Below are positions 35,547 through 45,770 of a DNA stretch of 53,888 nt, piece by piece (the first letter of the stretch is position 1; each line of letters starts with the position of its first letter). Below the pieces are notes generated by a model. The model had not been told where the DNA came from and made no database searches. It saw nothing but the letters and a program-made list of their open reading frames with translations. A program made the position numbers and the translations under genes. The stretch spans positions 1 to 53,888 of the IMG/VR virus record IMGVR_UViG_3300031578_000046; one strand, 5' to 3'. The stretch is from a virus. Taxonomy: Duplodnaviria; Caudoviricetes.

Positions 35547-37304
35547 TTATGCTGCCTCAAATTCTATCATTGAACTTTCATCTTCAAATTCTATATAATC
35601 ACTTTCATCTTCAAATTCCATGTAAGTGGGTTCTAATGCTGTAATACTTCGGGGTTCCCATCCCATTATATTAAAATCACTTCCATCTGTTGGGTTTATT
35701 GATGTTTCCCGTAACCATATATAATTATAATCATCATCTATTTCACTCCAATATTTAAGATAATAACCGGGATAATCTCTTATTTCTGCAAAATTACCTG
35801 GGCTTAATGATGCATTTAAATCAATTTGCATACCGCTTAATAATACGGCTGTATCAGGAGCTAAATCATCAATTGCAATATTTGTATTATCAGTTACAAC
35901 AATTGTACTTCCTGTTAACTGACTGCTTACTTTGCTTAAATTTTCAGCCCCTTGAAATTTCAAATACTCACCTGTATTATGTAATAAACTCGTTTTTATC
36001 CAACGGCCTCTATTATATATACATTGTGTTGGTCTTATTCTTAAATTTGTGTAAAGGGGAGCCGCTCCATAAATTCCAGTTACTACACTTTGCCAACCTT
36101 CAATATTATCTCGGCTTTTTAATGTTGCCCCGTCATAATAAGCGTCAATTACAAATATAGCCTCATCAGTATCGAATGCCTCAGTATCTTTACTACGTCC
36201 GCTTACAGGGTTAGCTCTTGCCCTTTCTATATCTGCTGGACTTGCTGAAAAGTTACTTATTATAGATTGTGTATTACTAAAATTAATTAACGGGCTTGTA
36301 TAACTTACCTTTCCGCTGTAATCACTTAACCCTTCTTCATTATCCTTTGAAAATTTAGTATAACCAACTTCATAAATATTATTAAAAAATTCTGAAATAG
36401 GTTTTTTTCTTATATCACTTATATCACCTTTTTCTAATACAAATGAATATTGTTTATTTTTAAAAAAATAACTAAGTTCTTCAATTATAATATAGGGTAA
36501 TCCATCAATATACTCAACTGCCATACCTAAAGGCTGGATAAGATTTAAAACTTGAAAAATATAATCAAAGTTTGTTACAAAATCTGTTTTCCCTGATACT
36601 TTAGAATTGTTTTCATTTGGTAAAATACCGCTTATTAAAAGCCCTTTACTAAACATTACTAAACTTAAATCACCATTAACTGCATAATCATAACTAGCAT
36701 TAAATCCGTTTGAACTTAAATTAGTGCGGCCAAGTATTGAGCTTTTTAAAAGATCATGGCCGAAGTCGGTTATTTTTTGTAATAATTTAGTTACTAACTC
36801 AAAAGGCGGTATTACTTTTATTGATGTTGCTTCGTAACCACCTGCCCCATCGCTTCCCGTTAATGATAAATCAAAAAAGTCGCTTAAAAATCCTAAAGTT
36901 TCAAGTCCTCCCAAAGAGTATTTTGAATTATAATCTATTTCTAATTTTGAACGGTCATTTAATTTCGTGTTAAAACTCGAATCGCTTACATTGGCATTTA
37001 TAAAAAATCTCTCTTCATTATGTCCTTCTAAATTTATTATGCCATCTATTAAAATTTTCCATTCAGAATTTTCAAAATATTCAATTGAACATTCAATAAT
37101 AATATCTAATCCATCGGCTGCTATTTTAGATTTTATCCAAGTTCGTGATGTTTCAGTAAATCCAAATTCTTCAGTAAATTCCCTAATAACATTATTAGTT
37201 GGATTAACCTTTAATTTATAACCCATTTGCCCGAATCCTCTCGGTAAATCGTTTATATTAATCGTTAAACTATCAGAATCATATGTTAAAACCATTCTCC
37301 ACAT
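35547..37304 (-). CDS. Putative tail tip/hub protein
   Basis: Directly downstream of tape measure gene. Confidence 0.6.
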   Translation of the reverse strand: MWRMVLTYDSDSLTININDLPRGFGQMGYKLKVNPTNNVIREFTEEFGFTETSRTWIKSKIAADGLDIIIECSIEYFENSEWKILIDGIINLEGHNEERFFINANVSDSSFNTKLNDRSKLEIDYNSKYSLGGLETLGFLSDFFDLSLTGSDGAGGYEATSIKVIPPFELVTKLLQKITDFGHDLLKSSILGRTNLSSNGFNASYDYAVNGDLSLVMFSKGLLISGILPNENNSKVSGKTDFVTNFDYIFQVLNLIQPLGMAVEYIDGLPYIIIEELSYFFKNKQYSFVLEKGDISDIRKKPISEFFNNIYEVGYTKFSKDNEEGLSDYSGKVSYTSPLINFSNTQSIISNFSASPADIERARANPVSGRSKDTEAFDTDEAIFVIDAYYDGATLKSRDNIEGWQSVVTGIYGAAPLYTNLRIRPTQCIYNRGRWIKTSLLHNTGEYLKFQGAENLSKVSSQLTGSTIVVTDNTNIAIDDLAPDTAVLLSGMQIDLNASLSPGNFAEIRDYPGYYLKYWSEIDDDYNYIWLRETSINPTDGSDFNIMGWEPRSITALEPTYMEFEDESDYIEFEDESSMIEFEAA

Positions 37305-37306
37305 AA

Positions 37307-39652
37307 TCAGCCGTATTTTTTATTAAGGTAAATTTTACGTTCGTTTCTTTGTCTTACTTCTGCAATTGTTACACCTTTATATATTGTTTGCGGTGTGTTT
37401 GATATTCCTTTAATAATTTTATTTCCAAGTTCATCAAAATCTTTTTTTCTTATTGTATTAATATCGCTTACTTCACGTCCTCTCATTGCTAAACTAGCAA
37501 GTTCACTTTGTATATTATCGTTCGGAATAACATCACTACCTTTGGGTAAGTTTATCATTGTTGGTTCGTTAACAAGAAACTTATCATTATTAGGTAGTTT
37601 TATTAATTCAGTTTGCGAACCTCCGGTGGCCGAGTCTCCCACTACTGCTATACCTCCCTCAAAATTTTTCACTCCTTTGTAAAATGATGGTATTTCTGGT
37701 AATGGTTGAGCTAAAACAGTTGATGCTTGTAAAACCCCTGATGCAATAACTAAAGGTACTGCAAAAATTGCCCCGACACCAGTTTGCCCAGTTACTTTCA
37801 TCGCTCCTACGGCTGTATTTATTGCAATTTCACTTAATGCAATGGATTTATTTAATATCGCTTGCTTACGTTGTATTTTAGCTACTGCTATTGCCTTTTC
37901 TTGTTCTAATTTTTCAGTATCCTTCCCGTTCTTTTTTGCTAATGCAATATCATCATCATATCCTCTTGCTGTCATTTCTTGTTTACGATCAAATAACTCA
38001 TTAGCCAAATCAAAAGCAGCGTAGGCAGTTTCTTTTTTTAATTCCCCTAGTTTTTTTTCTAATTCTATTTGATCTAATATTCTTTGAGCTTCTTTAGCGT
38101 ATGCCTCTTGATTTTGTTTATCTATTTCATCTAAATTTTCTTGATTTAATGACTCGCCCTCTGCAAACATTTCTTCTTCTAACTTTAGAATATCTTCATT
38201 AAATTTCTTTTGTTCAGAGATTTTGCTTTTTTTAATAGCTATTGCCTTTAAATTTTCTTCATCCTGAATAGTAAACAATGTAGCAAACATCCTTTTATTA
38301 TCTTTAAACACAGATTCTTGTACTGTCAATAAATCAATATATGTTTTTGTTAAAGCTTCACGCCCTCCAATTCCCTCATCAACTATTTCATTTTGTCCTT
38401 CATATTTACTTGTTAAATCTTCATTTCTTTTAATTGCCTCTTGTACATAATTTAACTCTGTTTCATAAGAATCTATCATAAAAGGAATACCATCTTCCCT
38501 AGCTCTACGTAAATTTGATGCTATATTTATTTCCTTTTCCCTTAATATTGTTAACTCATTTTGAGCTTTTGAAATTATCCCGTAGTTTTTTAAATAATCA
38601 ATTATTTCTTTTTCGCTCATTCCTGATCGTTGCTCTGCTATCTTAAATTCAGCATCAAAAGCTAATTTAGCATTCTCAACTCTCCCCTTATTTAATTTTT
38701 CCTGTATTGCTATAAACTCTTTAGCTGACTTCGTTCTTTCAGCATTTGTTTTTGAAACATCTTTAGCAATCTTCTCTAATTCTGTTAAATTATGAGTTTG
38801 TTCAGCTTCAAGTATTGATTGCATCCTTACCCTATCACCTATATCATCTAAAGTTTTTGCATATTCCTCTCCAGCCTTTCTTGCATCTTTAAAATTTTGG
38901 ATTAATTCTTTAAATGACGTTTCGCCAGTTGCAATACTTCTAAAAACTCCATTCATTCCCTCTTTTAATCCACCTGCAAATATCGCAAACTTATCTCCAG
39001 TACTTTGTACTGAATTAATCATTGTATCTAAACCTTTCTTTAACAATTGAACACCTACATTAACACCTGCAAATGCTAATCCACCTTTTACTATTGCCTT
39101 GAAATAACCACCAATTCCCTTTGTTTGTTTTTGAGCTGCATTAGCAGCTTTATTCATTAATTTATTATTTTTATCTTGCTCAGTATTTATTGCCTGTAAA
39201 TTTTTACGCCCTTGTTTAGTTGTTAAATCTAATTTCTTTTTTTGTTCATTAAGTTCTTTATTTCTATTTGTTAATTTTTGTAAAGTACCTATTTCTTTAT
39301 TTTGCTCTGCGATCTCTTTTTTAGCCTGTTCAGTTACTTCTTTGCTTTTTCTTCTTTTTTCTTCCTTTGCCTTTGCTAGTAATAATTCAGCATCTTTTTG
39401 TTTAGTACTTGCGTTTTTTAAATCTGTTTCAAGTTTTATAGTCTGATTTACAGTATCAGTATATTTTTTTTGTTCTGTATTTAATTGTGTTGTTGCTGTT
39501 TTTAATTCATTAATATTTTTTGCACCTGAAATTTTACTCCCATAAGTAGACATAGTTTTTAACTGCTCGTTTACTTTCAATAAACTGGCATAAATATCAT
39601 CAAACGCTTTTTTTACGTTTGGATTAACTAATTGTTTATCATTTATAGCCAT
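37307..39652 (-). CDS. Tail tape measure protein
   Basis: 781 aa, helical/coiled-coil, hydrophobic segments, C-terminal FYKG...GGIAVVGD...LPKGSDVIP. Confidence 0.85.
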   Translation of the reverse strand: MAINDKQLVNPNVKKAFDDIYASLLKVNEQLKTMSTYGSKISGAKNINELKTATTQLNTEQKKYTDTVNQTIKLETDLKNASTKQKDAELLLAKAKEEKRRKSKEVTEQAKKEIAEQNKEIGTLQKLTNRNKELNEQKKKLDLTTKQGRKNLQAINTEQDKNNKLMNKAANAAQKQTKGIGGYFKAIVKGGLAFAGVNVGVQLLKKGLDTMINSVQSTGDKFAIFAGGLKEGMNGVFRSIATGETSFKELIQNFKDARKAGEEYAKTLDDIGDRVRMQSILEAEQTHNLTELEKIAKDVSKTNAERTKSAKEFIAIQEKLNKGRVENAKLAFDAEFKIAEQRSGMSEKEIIDYLKNYGIISKAQNELTILREKEINIASNLRRAREDGIPFMIDSYETELNYVQEAIKRNEDLTSKYEGQNEIVDEGIGGREALTKTYIDLLTVQESVFKDNKRMFATLFTIQDEENLKAIAIKKSKISEQKKFNEDILKLEEEMFAEGESLNQENLDEIDKQNQEAYAKEAQRILDQIELEKKLGELKKETAYAAFDLANELFDRKQEMTARGYDDDIALAKKNGKDTEKLEQEKAIAVAKIQRKQAILNKSIALSEIAINTAVGAMKVTGQTGVGAIFAVPLVIASGVLQASTVLAQPLPEIPSFYKGVKNFEGGIAVVGDSATGGSQTELIKLPNNDKFLVNEPTMINLPKGSDVIPNDNIQSELASLAMRGREVSDINTIRKKDFDELGNKIIKGISNTPQTIYKGVTIAEVRQRNERKIYLNKKYG

Positions 39653-40302
39653 TATGCGGCTTTATTTTGAGCGTTCATCTGTTCACGAGTTTTTATTACT
39701 TCAATCATTCTCTTCTTAGCACTTATAAATGTTAACATACTATCTTTATATATGTCTATCTTTATATTTGCCATGCTTTCGATAAGTAATACTATTTCTA
39801 AATAGCTTGTATTCCCTTTTTTTTCTTTAGTTTTCTTTTCAATTAAGTCCTCAATTTCTTTGTTTTTTCGGTTTATCTGATTTGTTTTATTTATAGCTCT
39901 GTTTCTTAATCGATCTATTTCTTTTTCAAGTTCATCAATATTAGTATAGTTTAATTTGTAATCCATTTGAGCCAATATGTTTTCAAAAAAATCAAAGTCT
40001 AATTTTATTCCAGAATATTTATAACCCATTAAAAAAAGAACATTTAATATAAATTGCTGATCTGACTGTAATCTAACAACCATTTTACTTAAATCTAAAA
40101 GCTCATTTTGTTGTGGAGGATCAATCTCATCATATTTTTCTTTTAATACATCCCTTGTTTCTTCAAGTTCTTTAATATTATCAACATCAGGCAGTTCCAT
40201 GTAATTATCTAAAACAAGTAAATACCTGGCATCTTCAAAACTTTCGAAAAAGCTAAATACTGTACAAAATTTTAGTTCTTTATATACCTTTGGTAATATC
40301 AT
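39652..40302 (-). CDS. Putative tail assembly protein
   Basis: Directly upstream of tape measure gene. Confidence 0.5.
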   Translation of the reverse strand: MILPKVYKELKFCTVFSFFESFEDARYLLVLDNYMELPDVDNIKELEETRDVLKEKYDEIDPPQQNELLDLSKMVVRLQSDQQFILNVLFLMGYKYSGIKLDFDFFENILAQMDYKLNYTNIDELEKEIDRLRNRAINKTNQINRKNKEIEDLIEKKTKEKKGNTSYLEIVLLIESMANIKIDIYKDSMLTFISAKKRMIEVIKTREQMNAQNKAA

Positions 40303-40714
40303 TTAATATCTCTTTTTCAAAGTCCGGTGCTAAGTTTAGATTATCAATTTTTTGAATCCCAAAAATAGGCTGGCCACTTACTAAGTTGACCAGCTTATCT
40401 CTTTTACTATCTTTGGAATCTATCTCAGAATTATTATTATTCTGTTTTAAAAAGAACTTTTCAGTAAAATCACCCTCTAAATAAAAGTTATAACGCTTTC
40501 CAGCATTGAATAAAAGCCCCTCAGCCGCTTTACCTTTATAATAATCTTGGCTTGCATATTCAGGAAACTTACCACCATTAGCATCTTCACCCCTTTTTAG
40601 TTGGTTTACATTTTCATCAATCAACTCCGCTTCATTTTTCTTTAGAACCCTTGCTTCTATTTCCTGAAGGTTTAGATTCTTTAGATTTGTCAATAGTATC
40701 TGTATTACTTCCAT
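40280..40714 (-). CDS. Putative tail completion protein
   Basis: Position; NVNQLKRGEDANG...Y...K pattern. Confidence 0.5.
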   Translation of the reverse strand: MEVIQILLTNLKNLNLQEIEARVLKKNEAELIDENVNQLKRGEDANGGKFPEYASQDYYKGKAAEGLLFNAGKRYNFYLEGDFTEKFFLKQNNNNSEIDSKDSKRDKLVNLVSGQPIFGIQKIDNLNLAPDFEKEILNDITKGI

Positions 40715-40865
40715 TATCTTTTATTTTACCACCGAGTTGAACAAAAATCTTTTCATAATCAAATGGAACATTATGAAAGATTGCTTTAAATTTCTCTAAA
40801 GTACACTTGCCTTTTATTCCAAGTGTGATATTATGTTCTTTGCCGGTCTTATCAAATACTATCAT
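40632..40865 (-). CDS. Hypothetical protein (tail module)
   Basis: Overlapping start/stop with the tail tube candidate. Confidence 0.5.
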   Translation of the reverse strand: MIVFDKTGKEHNITLGIKGKCTLEKFKAIFHNVPFDYEKIFVQLGGKIKDNGSNTDTIDKSKESKPSGNRSKGSKEK

Positions 40866-41755
40866 TATGCTACTGCTGGGGTTACACTTCCTGTTACTCC
40901 TTTACTCTCGATAAATTCATAATCTATTCCTGCATAAACTAAGGCCGCTGAGACTAGATTATAAGTCGTTGCCGTTCCGTCTGTCATTGTAAAAGTATAA
41001 GTTCCGCCTCCATCATCTGAAAATACCGAAGTAGTTCCGCCGGTCACAGTAAATAAAGATTCTGTTAAATTAGCAACGCCATTTCCTGATTCATCAATAA
41101 CAGTTACTGTTACGTTATATAATGCGCCTGTTGCCGTTGCTGCAATTGTAACCTCTCTTACTGATTCAAGTTCATCAAATAAAAAAGCCGTTGGCTTAAG
41201 AATTTTATTATACTGCTCGTGATCTGATTTATTACTAAATGAAACGCTTCCTTTGACAACCATAATGTCATTAAAAGGAATAGTTTTTTGATCAATCGAA
41301 AAGTCTGCAACTCGCAAAGGGTAAAAAATAGTTCCCGTTGCATCTGTTCGACCTTCAATAATATTATCATTCCAAATAATATATAGATCGAAATCTTTAT
41401 TATTAAGAGTGAAAAGATTGTTCATTACAGCATTTTCAACATTAAACATAAAGTCAAATCCATATTCGCCATCATTTAAGGTGTTGATTTGACCGCTTGT
41501 AAATGTTTTCTTTTCTGCTGCTGTTGTAGTTTCTGCACCTTCTACAATTAAAGGTGTTTTATACCATCTTCCAGTAGTTTGTAATAACCCTGTTGAATAG
41601 GTTGCTTTTAATATAGCCGCCGCTGCGGTTGCTATATTTGCTCCTTTTGGCACAAGTAACATCCATTTTGCATGAAGCTTTTTTTCAGCTACACGCCCTG
41701 CCTTAGTACCAATAGGCGTGACATCATCTGTGTTCGGTAATTGATTAAATCCCAT
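40865..41755 (-). CDS. Putative major tail protein with C-terminal Ig-like extension
   Basis: Size, position, Thr/Gly-rich C-terminal beta domain. Confidence 0.6.
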   Translation of the reverse strand: MGFNQLPNTDDVTPIGTKAGRVAEKKLHAKWMLLVPKGANIATAAAAILKATYSTGLLQTTGRWYKTPLIVEGAETTTAAEKKTFTSGQINTLNDGEYGFDFMFNVENAVMNNLFTLNNKDFDLYIIWNDNIIEGRTDATGTIFYPLRVADFSIDQKTIPFNDIMVVKGSVSFSNKSDHEQYNKILKPTAFLFDELESVREVTIAATATGALYNVTVTVIDESGNGVANLTESLFTVTGGTTSVFSDDGGGTYTFTMTDGTATTYNLVSAALVYAGIDYEFIESKGVTGSVTPAVA

Positions 41756-41759
41756 TTTT

Positions 41760-42290
41760 TTAAATTTTATTTACGTTAATATTTTTAAAGCTCAAATAAA
41801 TTGCATCGACAATAAGATTGAGTTTGTTTTGTTTTGTATCCTCAGCACCTAAATAATAAAGGTCTTCATGATCATGTTCTATTTCTTGTTTATTATTCCA
41901 AAACCAATTACTTACTTCCATTTTTGCCATAAATGAATTATAAATTGGATATAAAGAAGTTTTGAAAACATTACTTAGTCTCTCATCTGATGTATATTTT
42001 CGATCTGATTCATCAATAATATACATATCGAAACTAAGCTCATTAAAAGGGCTAAAACTCACTTCTTTAAATTTTATAGTAGGAAGTATCAATAAAATAG
42101 CAGGAAATTTCTTACCAACTACACTATATTGTGACAATACTTGTAAGTTATTGGCTATCTCTAACCAATGACCTGAATAGAATTTAGGAATATTATTAGG
42201 ACTATCACCTGTTTGAATAGATGTAACCAACGCCGATATTACATCGGTAGGGTAAAAAATTGTATCTTGTGATATGTTATTAAATCCCAT
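41760..42290 (-). CDS. Putative tail terminator
   Basis: Position; KFPAILLI motif. Confidence 0.5.
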   Translation of the reverse strand: MGFNNISQDTIFYPTDVISALVTSIQTGDSPNNIPKFYSGHWLEIANNLQVLSQYSVVGKKFPAILLILPTIKFKEVSFSPFNELSFDMYIIDESDRKYTSDERLSNVFKTSLYPIYNSFMAKMEVSNWFWNNKQEIEHDHEDLYYLGAEDTKQNKLNLIVDAIYLSFKNINVNKI

Positions 42291-42826
42291 TATTCTAATG
42301 ATAAATATTGTCCATAATTTGTACAATCAGTTAAAAGTTCAGGGTAATAATCAGTTGATAACCCATTTTTATAATCCATGTAATCAATTGCGTCCTTATA
42401 ATAATCAACTCCCTTATTCCATGCCCTTATCATTTTAACCCTTAAATTACCGAGTGAAGAAACCGAATTTTCAGTCTCCGATTTCTTTTCTCCGGTATCT
42501 GAATCAAAACTTTGCTTTTCTCTCTTAAAATAAAAATAAACAAAACTGGCTAACATCTTTTTCAAACCTACCCATTCATATTTATACCCGTCAATAGTTA
42601 CTATCTCACCATCTCTTAAAACTGTATAAACATCTTCATCTTCATTATCTGTTAAATATTGATAAAGAGCTTCACCAAATAACTCCCGGAATATCTTTTG
42701 TTGATACTCGGTTATTATCGTATTTAAATCAGCTTGTTTAGCTAAATCAATAACGCTAGTTGGTCCTATATTTAAATATAAAATGCCTGTAAAATCCTCA
42801 TATGTTATAATGTTAGCCAGTGCCAT
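42290..42826 (-). CDS. Putative head-tail adaptor
   Basis: Position; ELFGEALY...GLKKMLASFVYF. Confidence 0.55.
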   Translation of the reverse strand: MALANIITYEDFTGILYLNIGPTSVIDLAKQADLNTIITEYQQKIFRELFGEALYQYLTDNEDEDVYTVLRDGEIVTIDGYKYEWVGLKKMLASFVYFYFKREKQSFDSDTGEKKSETENSVSSLGNLRVKMIRAWNKGVDYYKDAIDYMDYKNGLSTDYYPELLTDCTNYGQYLSLE

Positions 42827-42833
42827 GTTATTC

Positions 42834-43022
42834 TTATTTTAAAAACCCTTTTTGTTGCTTTTGCTTTTCGGCTGCTTTTGCTTTCTTTGCATCGTTCATC
42901 TTTTGAATCTTTGCTTTATTAGCCTCTTCATCTTTTAAATAAATGGCTTTTTTAGCTTTTACCAAAATGTCAGCAACTATGCCGGTGCAAATTTTTTGAT
43001 TACTTTTTATTCGTGCTTTCAT
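42834..43022 (-). CDS. Small basic protein (head module)
   Basis: ORF in late operon. Confidence 0.55.
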   Translation of the reverse strand: MKARIKSNQKICTGIVADILVKAKKAIYLKDEEANKAKIQKMNDAKKAKAAEKQKQQKGFLK

Positions 43023-43033
43023 TGTTAATTATT

Positions 43034-45766
43034 TTAATTACCTGCAGGTGATACTAATACCCATTGAGTTCCATCATAAACAGCCATAACTACTGATCCT
43101 GTATTAATTTCGCTGCCTTCTAATGCGCTTGGAGCTGCACCTGGAGCTTGTTCATATACATTTTTGGCAGTACCGCCATCAACGGCAATAGTAAGGGTAG
43201 TTGTATTTGCCCCCTCGGCTACAAACATAATCATTAATCCAGCCTGTAATGCAGGTAAATCAGGAGTATAATCAAGTGCTACGGCAGAAGCAGCAGTACC
43301 ACCAACTCCGGCAGCATCGCAAAAATTCCACGTTGCCCCACGTATATTACTATTCCCTAAATTAGTTACTCCATCAGTTGCATTATTAATTACTTCTCCA
43401 TTCTGCAATTTAATATCATTATCGCACCCGGTAATTTTAATGCCATCGAACCAATCTAAACCATTTGATTTAATATATAATCCAGAAAAATTAGCACTTG
43501 CGTTAATAGTAGCCCCTGCATTTATTGATCCATCAATTGTTATTCCAGTTACATGTTCAGTTGCTCCAACTGAAAACCCTGCTTCTGATTCAATTGCTGC
43601 ACTTATAGCGTCAAATGTGCCATTACCGCTTAAAACTGATGTTCCTGATTGTTCAGCATAAGCCCAAAGACCAGCATGTACTCCGTCAGCTATATTAACA
43701 TCCCTTAATCTAAATTGGCTTTCACTTCCAACAATAGTTGATTGATTTGTTTGATTAGTTGTCATTGCCAAAGCACGTGAATATGTTCCAGCAAATACTT
43801 TTCCTGCTGTAGCCGAATAATCAACCATACTGTAAATCCCAAGCCCTGCATTAGTATTAGAAGATGTTTCCGGCAAAACTATATGTTCGCCTGTATACCC
43901 CCAGCTACCAACTGAGCCAACTGTATCAATTAACAACGGGTCGCTAACAGTTATGTTAGTCCCATCGGCTGTTAAAGCATCTAAAGCAATAGAACCAACA
44001 TTAGCAATATCCCCATCGCTTAAATCAAGCGCATCGGTGGCTAAATTTATAGTTCCATAATCAACGCTTGTTACTCCCGTTGAGCTTGTTGCTGTCCATG
44101 TATCAGCAGAAGGTGTTAAAACTAAATCTTCTGATTGTCCTAATAATTGAATACTTAAAACATCATCCGATCCAATTACTACACCAGAAGCTCCATCGAC
44201 ATCATATACATCTGAAAGCATTGTAGCTGCAACGATTGTATCTGTAGTAAGTATTTTCCCATCAGAAGTAATATCGCCTAATCCTGTGGCAATTCCAGTC
44301 ACCCCAATATCCCAATCGCTCGTATTTATTGCCACCGTCTCAGTTCCTGCACCAATAGCAATTGCTGAACCATCAGCTTTAATTGAATCTAATTCAATAT
44401 TTCCTACATTAGTAATATTTCCATCAGATAAATCAATTGAAGTTGTAAATGTCGGGGATGTAGAGAAAACCAAATTAGTTGATGTAGTTCCAGTAGCACC
44501 AGAAGCCGTATATCCAGTAATATTATTAAAAGATGTTATTGAAGCTGTTAAAGCATTAGTGCCTCCGTTTGCAACTGGTAATACACCTGTTACACCTGTT
44601 GTCATAGGTAAACCAGAGCAGCTTGTCAATATACCTGCTGATGGAGTTCCAAGTGTGGGGGTTACTAAAGTTGGAGATGTAGCCCTCACGGGTGCGCCTG
44701 TTCCTGTTGCTGTTGTCCAAACTGGTGCGCTTCCTGCGCCACCACCGACTAATATTTCAGTAGTAGCTCCGTTATCTAATGTTAATAATTCTGCATCAGT
44801 TATTGAACCATCACTACCATAAGTTGCTGCGCTTACTGTGCCGCTTGCTTTAATAGCTCCGGTAACATCAAGTTCAACTGTTGGAACGGCTGTTTTAATA
44901 CCTACCAAACCATCTGGATTTAAATTAATGTCCCCCTCCGCTGCTGCCGCATCTACTGTAGCAATTGTTAATGCTCCATCGGCTGCAACCGTTGCAGTTG
45001 CGTAATTAGTTGCATCATAATTTAACCTTAATTGTTCTGTAGTGGCAGTCGTGCTAATTTTACCTGTGCCTGTAATTGTTGTTCCACTTATTGCGCCTGT
45101 TGATGTAATAGCTCCTATCCCGGTCATTGCTCCAGTTGCATCAATAGCCCAATCACTTGATGTAATTGCGGTTGTACTTCCTGCATCTCCTAAAGTTAAA
45201 GCTCCAGTTCCCCCAGCCGCAATCGTTAAAGCTGCATCGGCATTATTATCAGCACTTGTTATCGTTACAGTTCCGGCGGTTGCCCTTGATACTGTTAATG
45301 TACCTGAATTAGCAGGTATATCATAAGCGTTACTAGTTTTAACCTCGAAAACATCAATTAAAGTTTGTTGAGTTGCTCCACTTGCTACAAATTCAACTTT
45401 CAAATAATTATAATTAATTGGCGATGTACTTGTAATTGATCCGTCATCACTATCGGAGGTCCAAGTTATAGCCGAACCGATTGCAACCCATGAGCTAGTT
45501 GATGTTACTTTTCCATAAGCTGTAATAGTTACTGAAGGGGTTCCTGAAACATCTTCTAATCCAATTGTGAAAACTTGGTTTTGTGCGTATTTCTGCCTAT
45601 TTTCTATCGTGAAAGTAGTTGTTTCGCTAGTATTTGTCGTGTCGCTTGCATCTAAAGATACTGGCCTTAATTCTGTGTAACCAGTCCTAATACTTAATGT
45701 TCTATCTGCTGCATTACTGATTAATGCTGCAAAAATCAGTAATATTAATATAGTATATTTTTTCAT
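43034..45766 (-). CDS. Large Thr/Gly/Ala-rich fibre- or decoration-like protein with signal peptide
   Basis: Directly downstream of capsid gene; SPTLVTPTLGTP and GVLPVANGGT fibre-type motifs. Confidence 0.65.
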   Translation of the reverse strand: MKKYTILILLIFAALISNAADRTLSIRTGYTELRPVSLDASDTTNTSETTTFTIENRQKYAQNQVFTIGLEDVSGTPSVTITAYGKVTSTSSWVAIGSAITWTSDSDDGSITSTSPINYNYLKVEFVASGATQQTLIDVFEVKTSNAYDIPANSGTLTVSRATAGTVTITSADNNADAALTIAAGGTGALTLGDAGSTTAITSSDWAIDATGAMTGIGAITSTGAISGTTITGTGKISTTATTEQLRLNYDATNYATATVAADGALTIATVDAAAAEGDINLNPDGLVGIKTAVPTVELDVTGAIKASGTVSAATYGSDGSITDAELLTLDNGATTEILVGGGAGSAPVWTTATGTGAPVRATSPTLVTPTLGTPSAGILTSCSGLPMTTGVTGVLPVANGGTNALTASITSFNNITGYTASGATGTTSTNLVFSTSPTFTTSIDLSDGNITNVGNIELDSIKADGSAIAIGAGTETVAINTSDWDIGVTGIATGLGDITSDGKILTTDTIVAATMLSDVYDVDGASGVVIGSDDVLSIQLLGQSEDLVLTPSADTWTATSSTGVTSVDYGTINLATDALDLSDGDIANVGSIALDALTADGTNITVSDPLLIDTVGSVGSWGYTGEHIVLPETSSNTNAGLGIYSMVDYSATAGKVFAGTYSRALAMTTNQTNQSTIVGSESQFRLRDVNIADGVHAGLWAYAEQSGTSVLSGNGTFDAISAAIESEAGFSVGATEHVTGITIDGSINAGATINASANFSGLYIKSNGLDWFDGIKITGCDNDIKLQNGEVINNATDGVTNLGNSNIRGATWNFCDAAGVGGTAASAVALDYTPDLPALQAGLMIMFVAEGANTTTLTIAVDGGTAKNVYEQAPGAAPSALEGSEINTGSVVMAVYDGTQWVLVSPAGN

Positions 45767-45770
45767 ATTA

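Noticed and set aside
43440-45326. Plus-strand ORFs (43440, 44286, 45042) and similar ones such as 14256, 31387, 48547
   Set aside because: Antisense shadows of long minus-strand genes, with no recognisable motifs or leaders.
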